A stretch of 64,000 nt of DNA, from positions 441 to 64,440 of the forward strand of contig CAMYOG010000017.1 in assembly GCA_947259925.1 (NCBI GenBank). The letters run 5' to 3'. This DNA comes from Thermoanaerobaculia bacterium. GTDB lineage: Bacteria > Acidobacteriota > Thermoanaerobaculia > Multivoradales > JAHEKO01. Every line of letters starts with the position of its first letter. The stretch's first letter is position 1. Below the pieces are notes generated by a model that saw only the letters and a list, made by a program, of their open reading frames with translations, did no database searches and was not told the DNA's origin. Position numbers and translations under genes: made by a program. Of the stretch, positions 1-9,341 are shown one piece after another.

Positions 1-551
1 CGCTCGCCAGCGGGCAGCGCTTGCGGCTCTTTACCTTGATCGACGTCTACAGCAGGGAGTGCCTGGCGCTCGTGCCCGGCACCCGCTTCACTGGTGCTCG
101 TGTGGCCGAGATCTTGGCGGATGTGAGCACTCGGCGCCCTTCCGAAACGGATTCTGGTAGACAACGGAACGGAATTCACTTCGAAGGCTCTCGACGCTTG
201 GGCGTACTGGAACAAGGTCAAGCTGGACTTCTCCCGGCCAGGAAAGCCGGGCGACAACGCGCACATCGAGGCCTTCAACAGCCTGGTCAGACGAGAGTGC
301 TTATCGCAACACTGGTTTCGGAACCTCGAGGAGGCGTGTGGCCTGCTCGAGGCGTGGAAGGATGACTACAACAACGACAGGCCCCACGGGAGTTTGGGGC
401 AGATGACTCCGGCCCGATATCGGGCCGGAGCCATCTGCCCGTAGGACCGGAACGAGCTCGGCTTTCGCGAATCGACTGGATCAGAGAAGGGGTCAAGAGG
501 CTGAACCGAGGATTTCTCACTTCGGCTGGTCCAGCGTTTGGGGATGGCTCA
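1..551 (+). mobile_element. IS3-family insertion sequence, right part (truncated by window edge)
   Basis: DDE integrase-core C-terminal half followed by an IR-like end CTGGTCCAGCGTTTGGGGATGGCTCA ending in CA at 551. Confidence 0.8.
3..444 (+). pseudogene. IS3-family transposase OrfB, frameshifted near 130-139
   Basis: Frame 3 reads RLFTLIDVYSRECLAL; frame 1 from 139 continues LPKRILVDNGTEFTSKALDAWAY...SRPGKPGDNAHIEAFN...DYNNDRPHGSLG to TAG at 442-444. Confidence 0.85.
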
Positions 552-749
552 CCGGACTCTCTTCTCGAGATCCGGTCTTAACTAACTGTCTACGGAATCG
601 GGGCAAGTCCGGACTTGGCCAGACCATCCCAACCGACTGAGGCTTCGAGGGAGGGAGACGACTTCGGGGGTGCTGCGGTTCCTGCCTCCCTGGGTCTGGG
701 GTCTCGCTTCGCTCCCGGCCGCTTTAGGCTGACGATAGACTCCTAAAGC

Positions 750-1241
750 GTGGCAGGCAAAGAGACCGAGTCCTTCACCCTTAGTGACCTGAAACAACTC
801 GGGAGCGGCCTCGGCTACCTTATTGCGGTACTGCTCGTAGCAGCCGCTTTGTGGCTCGCCGGCGAGAGGTTGCAGCCCTCAGCATACGACCTTCTACCGG
901 ACTGGCTTACCACGAACACTGGCTTCGTCGGCGGTATCAAGAACGGTGCCTGGTTGGCTTGGCTCGCGGGGTTTGGCTATTTCCTCTTCCGTTCTGGCTA
1001 CCAAATCGCATCCGAGGCTGCCACTCCCTGGTCGGTGAAACTCCTTGGACCGCCGCTCACCGGGACTGTCATCGCCTTTGTCGTGAGCTGGGGAATCCCA
1101 ACCCAGTACACCTGGAGTCGGTGGACTGCATTTGCGTGTCTACTCCTCTGGGCAGGCGGTATCAGCCGGGGCCGGAGGTGGATGGCTGAGGAGCGGGAAT
1201 ACTGGCAGTTATGGTGGCAAGACGACGACCCCGACGACTAA
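750..1241 (+). CDS. Hypothetical membrane protein (about 4 hydrophobic segments)
   Basis: 163-aa Trp-rich ORF with hydrophobic stretches, located between IS elements; no family recognised. Confidence 0.55.
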   Translation: MAGKETESFTLSDLKQLGSGLGYLIAVLLVAAALWLAGERLQPSAYDLLPDWLTTNTGFVGGIKNGAWLAWLAGFGYFLFRSGYQIASEAATPWSVKLLGPPLTGTVIAFVVSWGIPTQYTWSRWTAFACLLLWAGGISRGRRWMAEEREYWQLWWQDDDPDD

Positions 1242-1369
1242 CGGCTGCGAGCCGCCACAGGTTGCCTGCCCGGTACGGTGCTGACCTGACCCCCATTCCT
1301 GCGCAGTGCGGATGAGGGTTTTTCCAGCAGTTTAGACATCTGCACCGCCTCCTGAGCGGGCGGGGGAAA

Positions 1370-2233
1370 TCAATGAAATGGGCGGGGCGGAGGTCGCTTC
1401 CAGCGCGACCGGAGCCCCGCCTCCCTGGCAAAGACAGCGGGCGGCAGTTGGCCGAGCGAGCTGTGCGGTCGTACGCGGTTGTAGTCGCGCCGCCAGGTCT
1501 CGACCTCGCGCTGGGCGTCGACGAGGCTCGTAAACCAATGTTGGTTCAGGCACTCGTCTCGAAACTTGCCGTTGAAGCTTTCGACGAAGCAGTTCTCGAT
1601 CGGCTTGCCCGGCCGAATGAAGTCGAGCTGGATGCCGCGCTCGTAGGCCCAGGCGTCGAGAGCCCGGCCGGCAAACTCCGGCCCGTTGTCCATCACCAAG
1701 CACTGCGGCTTGCCTCGGCGATCGATCACCTGGTCCAGAACGCGCGTGACGCGCTCACCCGACAGCGATGTGTCGACCTCGATTGCCACGCACTCCCGCG
1801 TGAAGTCGTCGACCACGTTGAGCGTCCGAAAGCCGCGGCCGGTGGCCAAGCTGTCGGCCATGAAGTCCATCGACCAGCGCTCGTTCGGCCCCTCGGGCAT
1901 CACCCTCGGCTGACGAGCCGTCTGAGCCACACGCTTGCGTCTCTTGCGCCGTACCGCCAGCTTCTCCTCGCGGTACATGCGCTGAATGCGCTTGTGATTG
2001 ACGGCCCAGCCCTCGCGCACCAAGAGCACATGCAGGCGCCGATAGCCGAAGCGAGGCCGCTCGGCGGCGAGCTCGAGCAGACGCTCTCTGAGTCCCTCAG
2101 GCTCCTGCCGGCACGAGCGGTACCGATACGTTGACTCCGCGATCTGGACCACCCGACACGCCCGCCGCACGCTGACTCCATGAAGACCCCGCAGCCACGC
2201 GACTGCGCGTCGCCGTGCGACGGGCTTTACCAC
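1370..2233 (-). CDS. IS3 transposase OrfB (DDE), in the -1 frame relative to OrfA
   Basis: RFGYRRL, WSMDFMAD, DNGPEF, PGKPIENCFVESFNGKFRDECLN motifs; 5' boundary set at the frameshift site. Confidence 0.92.
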   Translation of the reverse strand: MVKPVARRRAVAWLRGLHGVSVRRACRVVQIAESTYRYRSCRQEPEGLRERLLELAAERPRFGYRRLHVLLVREGWAVNHKRIQRMYREEKLAVRRKRRKRVAQTARQPRVMPEGPNERWSMDFMADSLATGRGFRTLNVVDDFTRECVAIEVDTSLSGERVTRVLDQVIDRRGKPQCLVMDNGPEFAGRALDAWAYERGIQLDFIRPGKPIENCFVESFNGKFRDECLNQHWFTSLVDAQREVETWRRDYNRVRPHSSLGQLPPAVFAREAGLRSRWKRPPPRPFH

Positions 2234-2493
2234 TTTCGGTCCAGCACCTCCTGGAGCATCTGTTTGTCGAGCGACAGATCCGCCACCAGCTTCTTGAGCT
2301 GCCGGTTCTCCGCCTCGAGCTGCTTGAGACGCTTGGCCTCCGACACGCTCATCCCGCCGTATTTCGATTTCCAGCGGTAGTACGTCTGCTCGCTGATCCC
2401 GTGCTCGCGGATCACGTCCTTGACCTTCTGACCGCCCTCGACCTGCTGCAGCACGCGGATGATCTTCTCTTCCGAATACCGGCTCTTGCGCAT
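2227..2493 (-). CDS. IS3 transposase OrfA (HTH)
   Basis: MRKSRYSEEKII...HGISEQTYYRWKSKYGGM...LEAENRQLKKLVADLSLDK. Confidence 0.93.
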   Translation of the reverse strand: MRKSRYSEEKIIRVLQQVEGGQKVKDVIREHGISEQTYYRWKSKYGGMSVSEAKRLKQLEAENRQLKKLVADLSLDKQMLQEVLDRKW

Positions 2494-2771
2494 CCAAACC
2501 CCTTTCTCCGGGCCGGAAAACCCACATTCTACGCACGCCAGTTTTCGGGGGTCAGGTCACAGCAACTTGCTCCATTCTTCATCGCTGAATAGAGCTCTCA
2601 CGAGATCTTCCGGGACCTCGAAAGGGATTACCTCTGCGCTACTCATCGGACTACCCGCTGGTCCTCAAGCCACTCCCCAAACCGCTCCCTATCGAAGTAC
2701 GCGACCCCGCTTTAGGCGACGATGCAGACTCGCCCACACCCCCTCAAACTATTGATTATTTACTGATTTAT

Positions 2772-2861
2772 TGGCGGAGGGGGCGGGATTCGAACCCGCG
2801 GTCGGGGTAAACCGACGCCGGTTTTCAAGACCGGTGCATTCGACCACTCTGCCACCCCTCC
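2772..2861 (-). tRNA. tRNA-Ser (anticodon TGA), long variable arm, CCA encoded
   Basis: Reverse complement GGAGGGGTGGCAGAGTGGTCGAATGCACCGGTCTTGAAAACCGG...GGGTTCGAATCCCGCCCCCTCCGCCA. Confidence 0.97.
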
Positions 2862-2863
2862 GC

Positions 2864-2967
2864 GGCGGCAAGTCTACTGGTTAGAAGTCGCGGTCCGGCT
2901 CACGGCCGCCGGGGGGGCGGCAAGTCTACTGGTTAGAAGTCGCGGTCCGGCTCACGGCCGCCGGGGG
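2864..2967. repeat. Perfect 52-bp tandem duplication (2864-2915, 2916-2967) containing the likely tRNA -10 (TAGACT)
   Basis: Unit GGCGGCAAGTCTACTGGTTAGAAGTCGCGGTCCGGCTCACGGCCGCCGGGGG occurs twice. Confidence 0.95.
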
Positions 2968-3182
2968 CCTCGACGACCGATCCCCGACGCTCGCCCACTG
3001 CGTCTGCCGCCGTGGTTCTGCCGGTACCTCACGGTCTCGGCGAACACTTCGTAGAGAGCTTCATCGCGATCGAGGCGCTCGAGGAACTCGCGCCGCTCGC
3101 TGTTCGAAAGCCGGCCGTCCAGGAAGGCGGCGATCAGCTCGGAGTCACCCGGCTCGATGCCTCTGTCGATCATCCCCGTCAC
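2952..3182 (-). CDS. Short anti-sigma-like protein (zf-HC2-type N-terminal domain, possibly truncated)
   Basis: ELIAAFLDGRLSNSERREFLERL motif directly downstream of an ECF sigma gene. Confidence 0.6.
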   Translation of the reverse strand: MTGMIDRGIEPGDSELIAAFLDGRLSNSERREFLERLDRDEALYEVFAETVRYRQNHGGRRSGRASGIGRRGPRRP

Positions 3183-3248
3183 TCTCTGTTTGACTCGTAA
3201 GGGTTAGACGGCCGGAATCGCCGACTTCCGGTCCTACGAGCCGAAGAG

Positions 3249-4184
3249 CTAGGCGGTCTTCTGGCTGTGCTCGTCCGGGTCGCCCAGTCCGGCCTCGATC
3301 TCGCAGGCCGGCCAATCGAGGAGCTCGAGCGCCTCTTCGCAGCGCACTCCCGCCTCGACGATCCGCGCGCGGACCTCGCTCAAGAGCTTGCGCACCCGGC
3401 CGTAGATCCTGCGCTGGTCGAGGCCCAGGGTCTTGGCGATCGCGCGAATGGTGAGCCCGTCGGCGAAGCGCAGCTTGAGAATCAGGCGGTCCTCGGCCGA
3501 CAGGCCGGCGAGCGCGGCTTTGAGCGCGCCACTCACCCGCTCCTGGGCGGCGAGCCGCTCCCCGTCGACGACCCGCCGGTCGCCACGCTCCGGAGCGGAG
3601 AGCGACGACAGGACGACGTCGCTCTCGAAGCGCCGGGTGGTCCGGGGCCGGAGCTTGTCGACGATCTCGTGCAGCTCCCGGTCCGCGGTGTCGACCCCGA
3701 ACCGGGTGCGCAGGAGCTCGAACGCCTCACTGACGGTGAATCCATCCCGATAGAGCAGCGCCTCGAGCTGCACGCCGACCTCGCCGCAGCGCTTGGCCGC
3801 GGCCGAGGGACGCCACTTACCCCACTGCTGGATCCGGAAGTCGCGGAAGATGTTCTGGATCACGGTGGTCAGATAGGTGGTGAGCTGGCTCTTCCCCCGG
3901 AACTTCCGGAAGACCGCGTAGTCGCCGGAGATCAGACGCAGCTTCACCTGACCGGCGAGATCGTCGGCCTCCCAGTGACTCAGCGCGTTGCGGCGGGCGA
4001 TGGCGCGGACGGTCCGCTCGATGAAGTCGAGGTTCTCGAGCAGCAGGCTTCGACACTCGTCTTCGGTGGCGCCGCCGCGGAGACGCCGAGGCGACCGGCT
4101 CGCGGGCCGCCCGATTTCCCCCGGGCCGGCCAGGGAAGGCGGCACCCGATCGTCGATACTCCCACCCTGAGACCGAGTTCGCAT
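3249..4184 (-). CDS. ECF-type sigma-70 family RNA polymerase sigma factor (start uncertain)
   Basis: Region 2 (FRGKSQLTTYLTTVIQNIFRD) and region 4 (LSAEDRLILKLRFADGLTIRAIAKTLG). Confidence 0.88.
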   Translation of the reverse strand: MRTRSQGGSIDDRVPPSLAGPGEIGRPASRSPRRLRGGATEDECRSLLLENLDFIERTVRAIARRNALSHWEADDLAGQVKLRLISGDYAVFRKFRGKSQLTTYLTTVIQNIFRDFRIQQWGKWRPSAAAKRCGEVGVQLEALLYRDGFTVSEAFELLRTRFGVDTADRELHEIVDKLRPRTTRRFESDVVLSSLSAPERGDRRVVDGERLAAQERVSGALKAALAGLSAEDRLILKLRFADGLTIRAIAKTLGLDQRRIYGRVRKLLSEVRARIVEAGVRCEEALELLDWPACEIEAGLGDPDEHSQKTA

Positions 4185-4307
4185 CGTGGCACTCGAAAAA
4201 CCGAAAGAGTTGTTGTAATCTTGATCGCAACGTCATCAGGCATCAGAGACGGCGTCCTGAGGAAACTCTGTCTTTTTCCTGAGGGCGCCTCCGAGGAGGC
4301 GGTGAGA

Positions 4308-5927
4308 ATGCTCTCTCTAGCTGACTTCAGGGTTGGTGACCATCTGGTCCAGCCTTCCCTGGGCCAGATCGTCAACGGCGACGAGCCGGTCCACGTCGAG
4401 CCGCGGTCGATCGAGGTGCTGGTCGCCCTGGCCGAGCGGAACGGCGAGGTCTGGCCCAAGACGGAGCTGATCCGTGCCGTGTGGGGAGAGGCGTACGTTT
4501 CCGACGAGGTGCTGACGCACGCGATCTGGGACCTCCGCAAGGCGTTCGGCGACGACGCCGGCCATCCGAGGTACATCCAAACGATCCCGAAGCGGGGCTA
4601 CCGGTTGATCGCACCGGTCGAGCCGGTCGAGCCGGAGCCGGACCTGGCCGCGCGACCGAATCGCTGGTCCCTGCTCGGCGGCTCGGCGGTCCTGCTCGTA
4701 GCGCTGCTGGCGCTCGTTCTCTCTCTGAGACAGGACGGCGATCCGCCCACCACCGCCCGGACGACCAACTACGATCTGGTCGTGGTGAGCTCGGCCGACC
4801 GCGGCGCCGCTCCCGGGCTCGTCACCCAGTTCGACGACGCCTTGAGTCGCCTGGCCGGCACCCACGGCATGTCGGTGCGCGTCGGCCCCTCCTGTCCCGA
4901 GCCGTCCCTCTCCGCGGACTACTGCCTACGCACGGCGGTGCACGCCGATCGGACGCGGCATCAGGCGTCGGCACAGCTGATCGACCTCGCCACCGGCGAG
5001 CTGGTCTGGAGCCCGCCCCTCTCCGACTTCGACGACGCCGCGGGAGCGATCGCCGCGGGCGAGGAGCTCGGCGAGCTGACCGCCGCCTACTTCGAGGCCC
5101 TCGACATGCGATTCTTCACCGACCGCGACATCGAGCCCTGGTTCGAGGTCTCGCGGCACGACGTCCGGGCGGTCCGAGACTTCCTCGCCGGCGCCGAGTA
5201 CGTCTATCGTCACGAGGTCGGGGGTCGGGGTCCGCTCGATCTGGCGGCCGCCAGGGATCCCGACTTCATCGCGCCCCGCGTCTGGCGCATCCAGACACTC
5301 AGCTCCGAGCGCGAGCAGGAGCTGCTCGACCGGTACCTGGCCGACCTCGATCGGCTCGAGGCGGACGCCCATCCGTTCGAGCGCGCGATGATCTTCTGGG
5401 GGCGCGCGGCGGCGCGGGGCGACGTTCCCCGTCAGATCCGTCACCTCGATGCCGCGCTCCACATCGAGCCCGGCAATCGACCGGTCACCGCGATGCTGGG
5501 CACCATCTACCTGTACTCGGGCGACGCCGAGCGAGCCTGGCAGCTCCTCGAGCCGCTGGCAAAGGAGCGCTGGGAGTTCCTGGGACTCTACGCGCCCGCC
5601 GGCCGTGCGGGGCTCCTGGCCGGCCAGCTCGAGCGGGCCGAGGAGATCCTCGAGCTGGCGCTCGAGCTCACTCCGGTCGATCCCGAGGTCCTGGCGCTGC
5701 TCGAGCTGCTGGCGATCTACCGCGGCGACCCGAGCGCGGCGCAGGAGTACCGCCGGCAGTTGCAGCTCAGGATCGAGCTGATCCGGCCCGAGCCGTTCGA
5801 CTTCGACCGGACACCCTACGTCGAGCTACTGGCTGCGGCCGCCCGATCCGAGGGCCGCGCCGAGATCGCCGACGAGCTTCAGCGCTCGACGGTCGTCGTG
5901 GCCGCCGGCTCGGCCCAGAACCGGTAG
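4308..5927 (+). CDS. CadC/ToxR-like winged-helix regulator with TM segment and TPR-like C-terminus
   Basis: EPRSIEVLVALAER...LTHAIWDLRKAFGD...YIQTIPKRGYRLIAPV, then a hydrophobic helix and helical repeats; GGAGG upstream of ATG 4308. Confidence 0.88.
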   Translation: MLSLADFRVGDHLVQPSLGQIVNGDEPVHVEPRSIEVLVALAERNGEVWPKTELIRAVWGEAYVSDEVLTHAIWDLRKAFGDDAGHPRYIQTIPKRGYRLIAPVEPVEPEPDLAARPNRWSLLGGSAVLLVALLALVLSLRQDGDPPTTARTTNYDLVVVSSADRGAAPGLVTQFDDALSRLAGTHGMSVRVGPSCPEPSLSADYCLRTAVHADRTRHQASAQLIDLATGELVWSPPLSDFDDAAGAIAAGEELGELTAAYFEALDMRFFTDRDIEPWFEVSRHDVRAVRDFLAGAEYVYRHEVGGRGPLDLAAARDPDFIAPRVWRIQTLSSEREQELLDRYLADLDRLEADAHPFERAMIFWGRAAARGDVPRQIRHLDAALHIEPGNRPVTAMLGTIYLYSGDAERAWQLLEPLAKERWEFLGLYAPAGRAGLLAGQLERAEEILELALELTPVDPEVLALLELLAIYRGDPSAAQEYRRQLQLRIELIRPEPFDFDRTPYVELLAAAARSEGRAEIADELQRSTVVVAAGSAQNR

Positions 5928-6499
5928 AGCGCCTTGCCGCCCCCCTTGACCATCACCCGGTGGGTGTAGGTGCCGGTGGCGGGAAATGCGATCTCCGGGT
6001 TGAACCAGATCAGTTGCACGGTGCCGGCCGGATAGATCACGTCCTCGCTCGCCTCGAACTCGAACTCCTCGGGTCCGGTGATCTTGACCGTGGTCTTGCG
6101 CTCGACCTCCTCCTCGCCGTTGTTGAGCACCGTCCACCAGAGGTTGTAGAAGGTCTCGAGGTCGGAGATCACCGCGCTGACGAGGGTCGCCGGATTGGTC
6201 GGCTCGGCGGCCATGTGTCCACACGCCAGGGTCCGGAACGGCTTCTCGTCTGCGGCCTTGAAGCTCGATCGCGACTCCCGGGCACGATCGAGCGCGTAGC
6301 TGAGCGACATGAAGCCGCCGCCATGGTCGCGGAAGACCAGGTCGCGGGCCTCGATCGCACCGATCATCGGCTGGAAGAGGCGCTCGAACTCCTGCGTCAT
6401 CCGCTCCAGCCGGTCCGGCTTCGGTGCTCCAGCCTCGGCCGGCTGGACCGCCGGCAACGCCAGGAGAAGGGCGAGGCTGAGGGGAAGGAATCGATGCAT
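5879..6499 (-). CDS. Hypothetical secreted protein
   Basis: Signal-peptide-like N-terminus (MHRFLPLSLALLLALPAVQPAEA); beta-rich C-terminus. Confidence 0.7.
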   Translation of the reverse strand: MHRFLPLSLALLLALPAVQPAEAGAPKPDRLERMTQEFERLFQPMIGAIEARDLVFRDHGGGFMSLSYALDRARESRSSFKAADEKPFRTLACGHMAAEPTNPATLVSAVISDLETFYNLWWTVLNNGEEEVERKTTVKITGPEEFEFEASEDVIYPAGTVQLIWFNPEIAFPATGTYTHRVMVKGGGKALYRFWAEPAATTTVER

Positions 6500-6599
6500 G
6501 AGCTGAGCTCTGTGACGAGCTTCGGACCGTCGCGCGGGGAGAGGGACCCCACGTGCAGCTATGTGGGTTAGGTGTCGATGATAACAGACCGCGCCGTGA

Positions 6600-7949
<1,350 letters not shown>

Positions 7950-8002
7950 TCACCGGCTTTCGTAGCGAGCCGGCGCGACAGGAAGCTGGTGAGACGCTCC
8001 GG

Positions 8003-9028
8003 CTAGCCGCGGCCGCGCGGCAGCTCGCCGGAGATCAGGCCGAGGGTCGTCTCCACGGCGGCCTGCAGCGGCCCCGCGTCCGCGATCCCCTTGCCGGCCA
8101 GGCCGAAGGCCGTCCCGTGGTCGACTGAGGTACGGAGGAAAGGCAGGCCGAGCGTCCAGTTCGTGGCGACGCCGAAGGCCGACGTCTTGACCGCGATCAG
8201 ACCCTGGTCGTGATAAAGGGCCAGCACCCAGTCGAACTCGCCGCGCCGCGCCCGGGCGAAGAGCGAGTCGGCGCTTTCGGGTCCCTGGGCATCGATCCCG
8301 CGCTCGCGGGCGCGCTCGAGTGCCGGCACGATGTGGAGATCCTCCTCGGCGCCCATGAGGCCGCCCTCGCCGGCGTGCGGGTTGAGCCCGGCGACCGCGA
8401 TCCGGCCGGGCGCGTGACGATGGAGGCAGCCGAGAGCCTCGAGGATCGGCTCGGCGGTGATCCGGTCGAGCGCAGCCCGCAACGGCAGGTGGGTGGTGAG
8501 GAGCGCCACCTGCAGGTCGGGCGTCAGGAAGGCCATCAGGTAGTCGCGGCCGTAGCGCTCGAGCCCCGAGCGCTCGGCGATGTAGTCGGTGTGGCCGAGG
8601 AACCCCGGCAGATGCTGCGACGCGATCGATGACTTGCTGACCGGCGCCGTGACCATGGCATCGACGGTGCCGGCCCTGGCCAGCTCGAGGGCGGCGTCGA
8701 TCGCCGCGACCGCGCCGGCGGCGTCGGCGGGACCGGAAGCACCCGGCTCGACAGGTGGACCGCCGCCTACCGGATCGAGCACCGCCAGCTCACCGCCGCT
8801 GAGCGAGGCCAGGCCCTCGCGATCCGGGAGCGAGTCGAAGAAGACCAGGCGGGCGGGGTCGAGCGCCGGGACCAGATCTACGACGCTCTCGATCGCCCGA
8901 CGCTCGCAGACCAGTAGCGGCAGGTAGTCCCCGCCTCCGGTGGCGGCCGCCAGCTTGAGTACTACTTCCGGGCCGATACCCGCAGGATCACCCTGCGTCA
9001 GCGCGAGAACCGTTCGCCCGCGCTTCAC
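8003..9028 (-). CDS. pdxA: 4-hydroxythreonine-4-phosphate dehydrogenase (PdxA family)
   Basis: GDPAGIGPE, GHTDY, GLNPHAGE, YHDQG, RTSVDHGTAF. Confidence 0.95.
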   Translation of the reverse strand: MKRGRTVLALTQGDPAGIGPEVVLKLAAATGGGDYLPLLVCERRAIESVVDLVPALDPARLVFFDSLPDREGLASLSGGELAVLDPVGGGPPVEPGASGPADAAGAVAAIDAALELARAGTVDAMVTAPVSKSSIASQHLPGFLGHTDYIAERSGLERYGRDYLMAFLTPDLQVALLTTHLPLRAALDRITAEPILEALGCLHRHAPGRIAVAGLNPHAGEGGLMGAEEDLHIVPALERARERGIDAQGPESADSLFARARRGEFDWVLALYHDQGLIAVKTSAFGVATNWTLGLPFLRTSVDHGTAFGLAGKGIADAGPLQAAVETTLGLISGELPRGRG

Positions 9029-9341
9029 GACGGCGCTGCCTCTTCAGCTCCTCCTCTTTGAACATGTAGCGGATGTTGTGCTTGAGAATGAGGAGGTTCG
9101 GCTGGTTGTGCCGGTTGAGCTTGATCGCGCTCTTGTCGTACCACTCGATCCAGCCCTTGAGCTCGGTGTCGTCGGTGAGCACTACCACCATCGGCGTCTT
9201 GGCCGCCATCTGCTTGAGGTAGTAGAACTCCTCGGCGTTGGTCCGCTCGGGCGGGGTCTGCTTGCGACGGACCGACCTGGAGGACTGCTTGAAGTCCGTC
9301 AGCTCGGGTCGGATGAGTTTTCTGTTCGCCATCTTGGTCAT
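8988..9341 (-). CDS. Hfq-like Sm-fold RNA chaperone (divergent)
   Basis: TPMVVVLTDDTELKGWIEWYDKSAIKL...LLILKHNIRYM resembles the Hfq Sm1/Sm2 pattern; ATG overlaps the upstream stop (ATGA). Confidence 0.72.
   Translation of the reverse strand: MTKMANRKLIRPELTDFKQSSRSVRRKQTPPERTNAEEFYYLKQMAAKTPMVVVLTDDTELKGWIEWYDKSAIKLNRHNQPNLLILKHNIRYMFKEEELKRQRRREARANGSRADAG

Larger units (their letters stand above)
1282..2559 (-). mobile_element. Complete IS3-family element (IS407/IS1222-like), 1278 bp
   Basis: Terminal IRs TGACCTGACCCCC at 1282 and GGGGGTCAGGTCA ending 2559; encloses orfA and orfB. Confidence 0.93.

Noticed and set aside
2864..2967. Possible CRISPR array (also the 12375-12509 and 45835-45969 clusters)
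   Set aside because: No unique regular spacers, mixed orientations in the clusters, only 2-3 copies, and no cas genes.
3267..4307. 886-aa ORF suggesting a long N-terminal extension of the wHTH regulator
   Set aside because: The extension is the antisense shadow of the sigma gene; the recognisable domain starts at ATG 4308 with an RBS.
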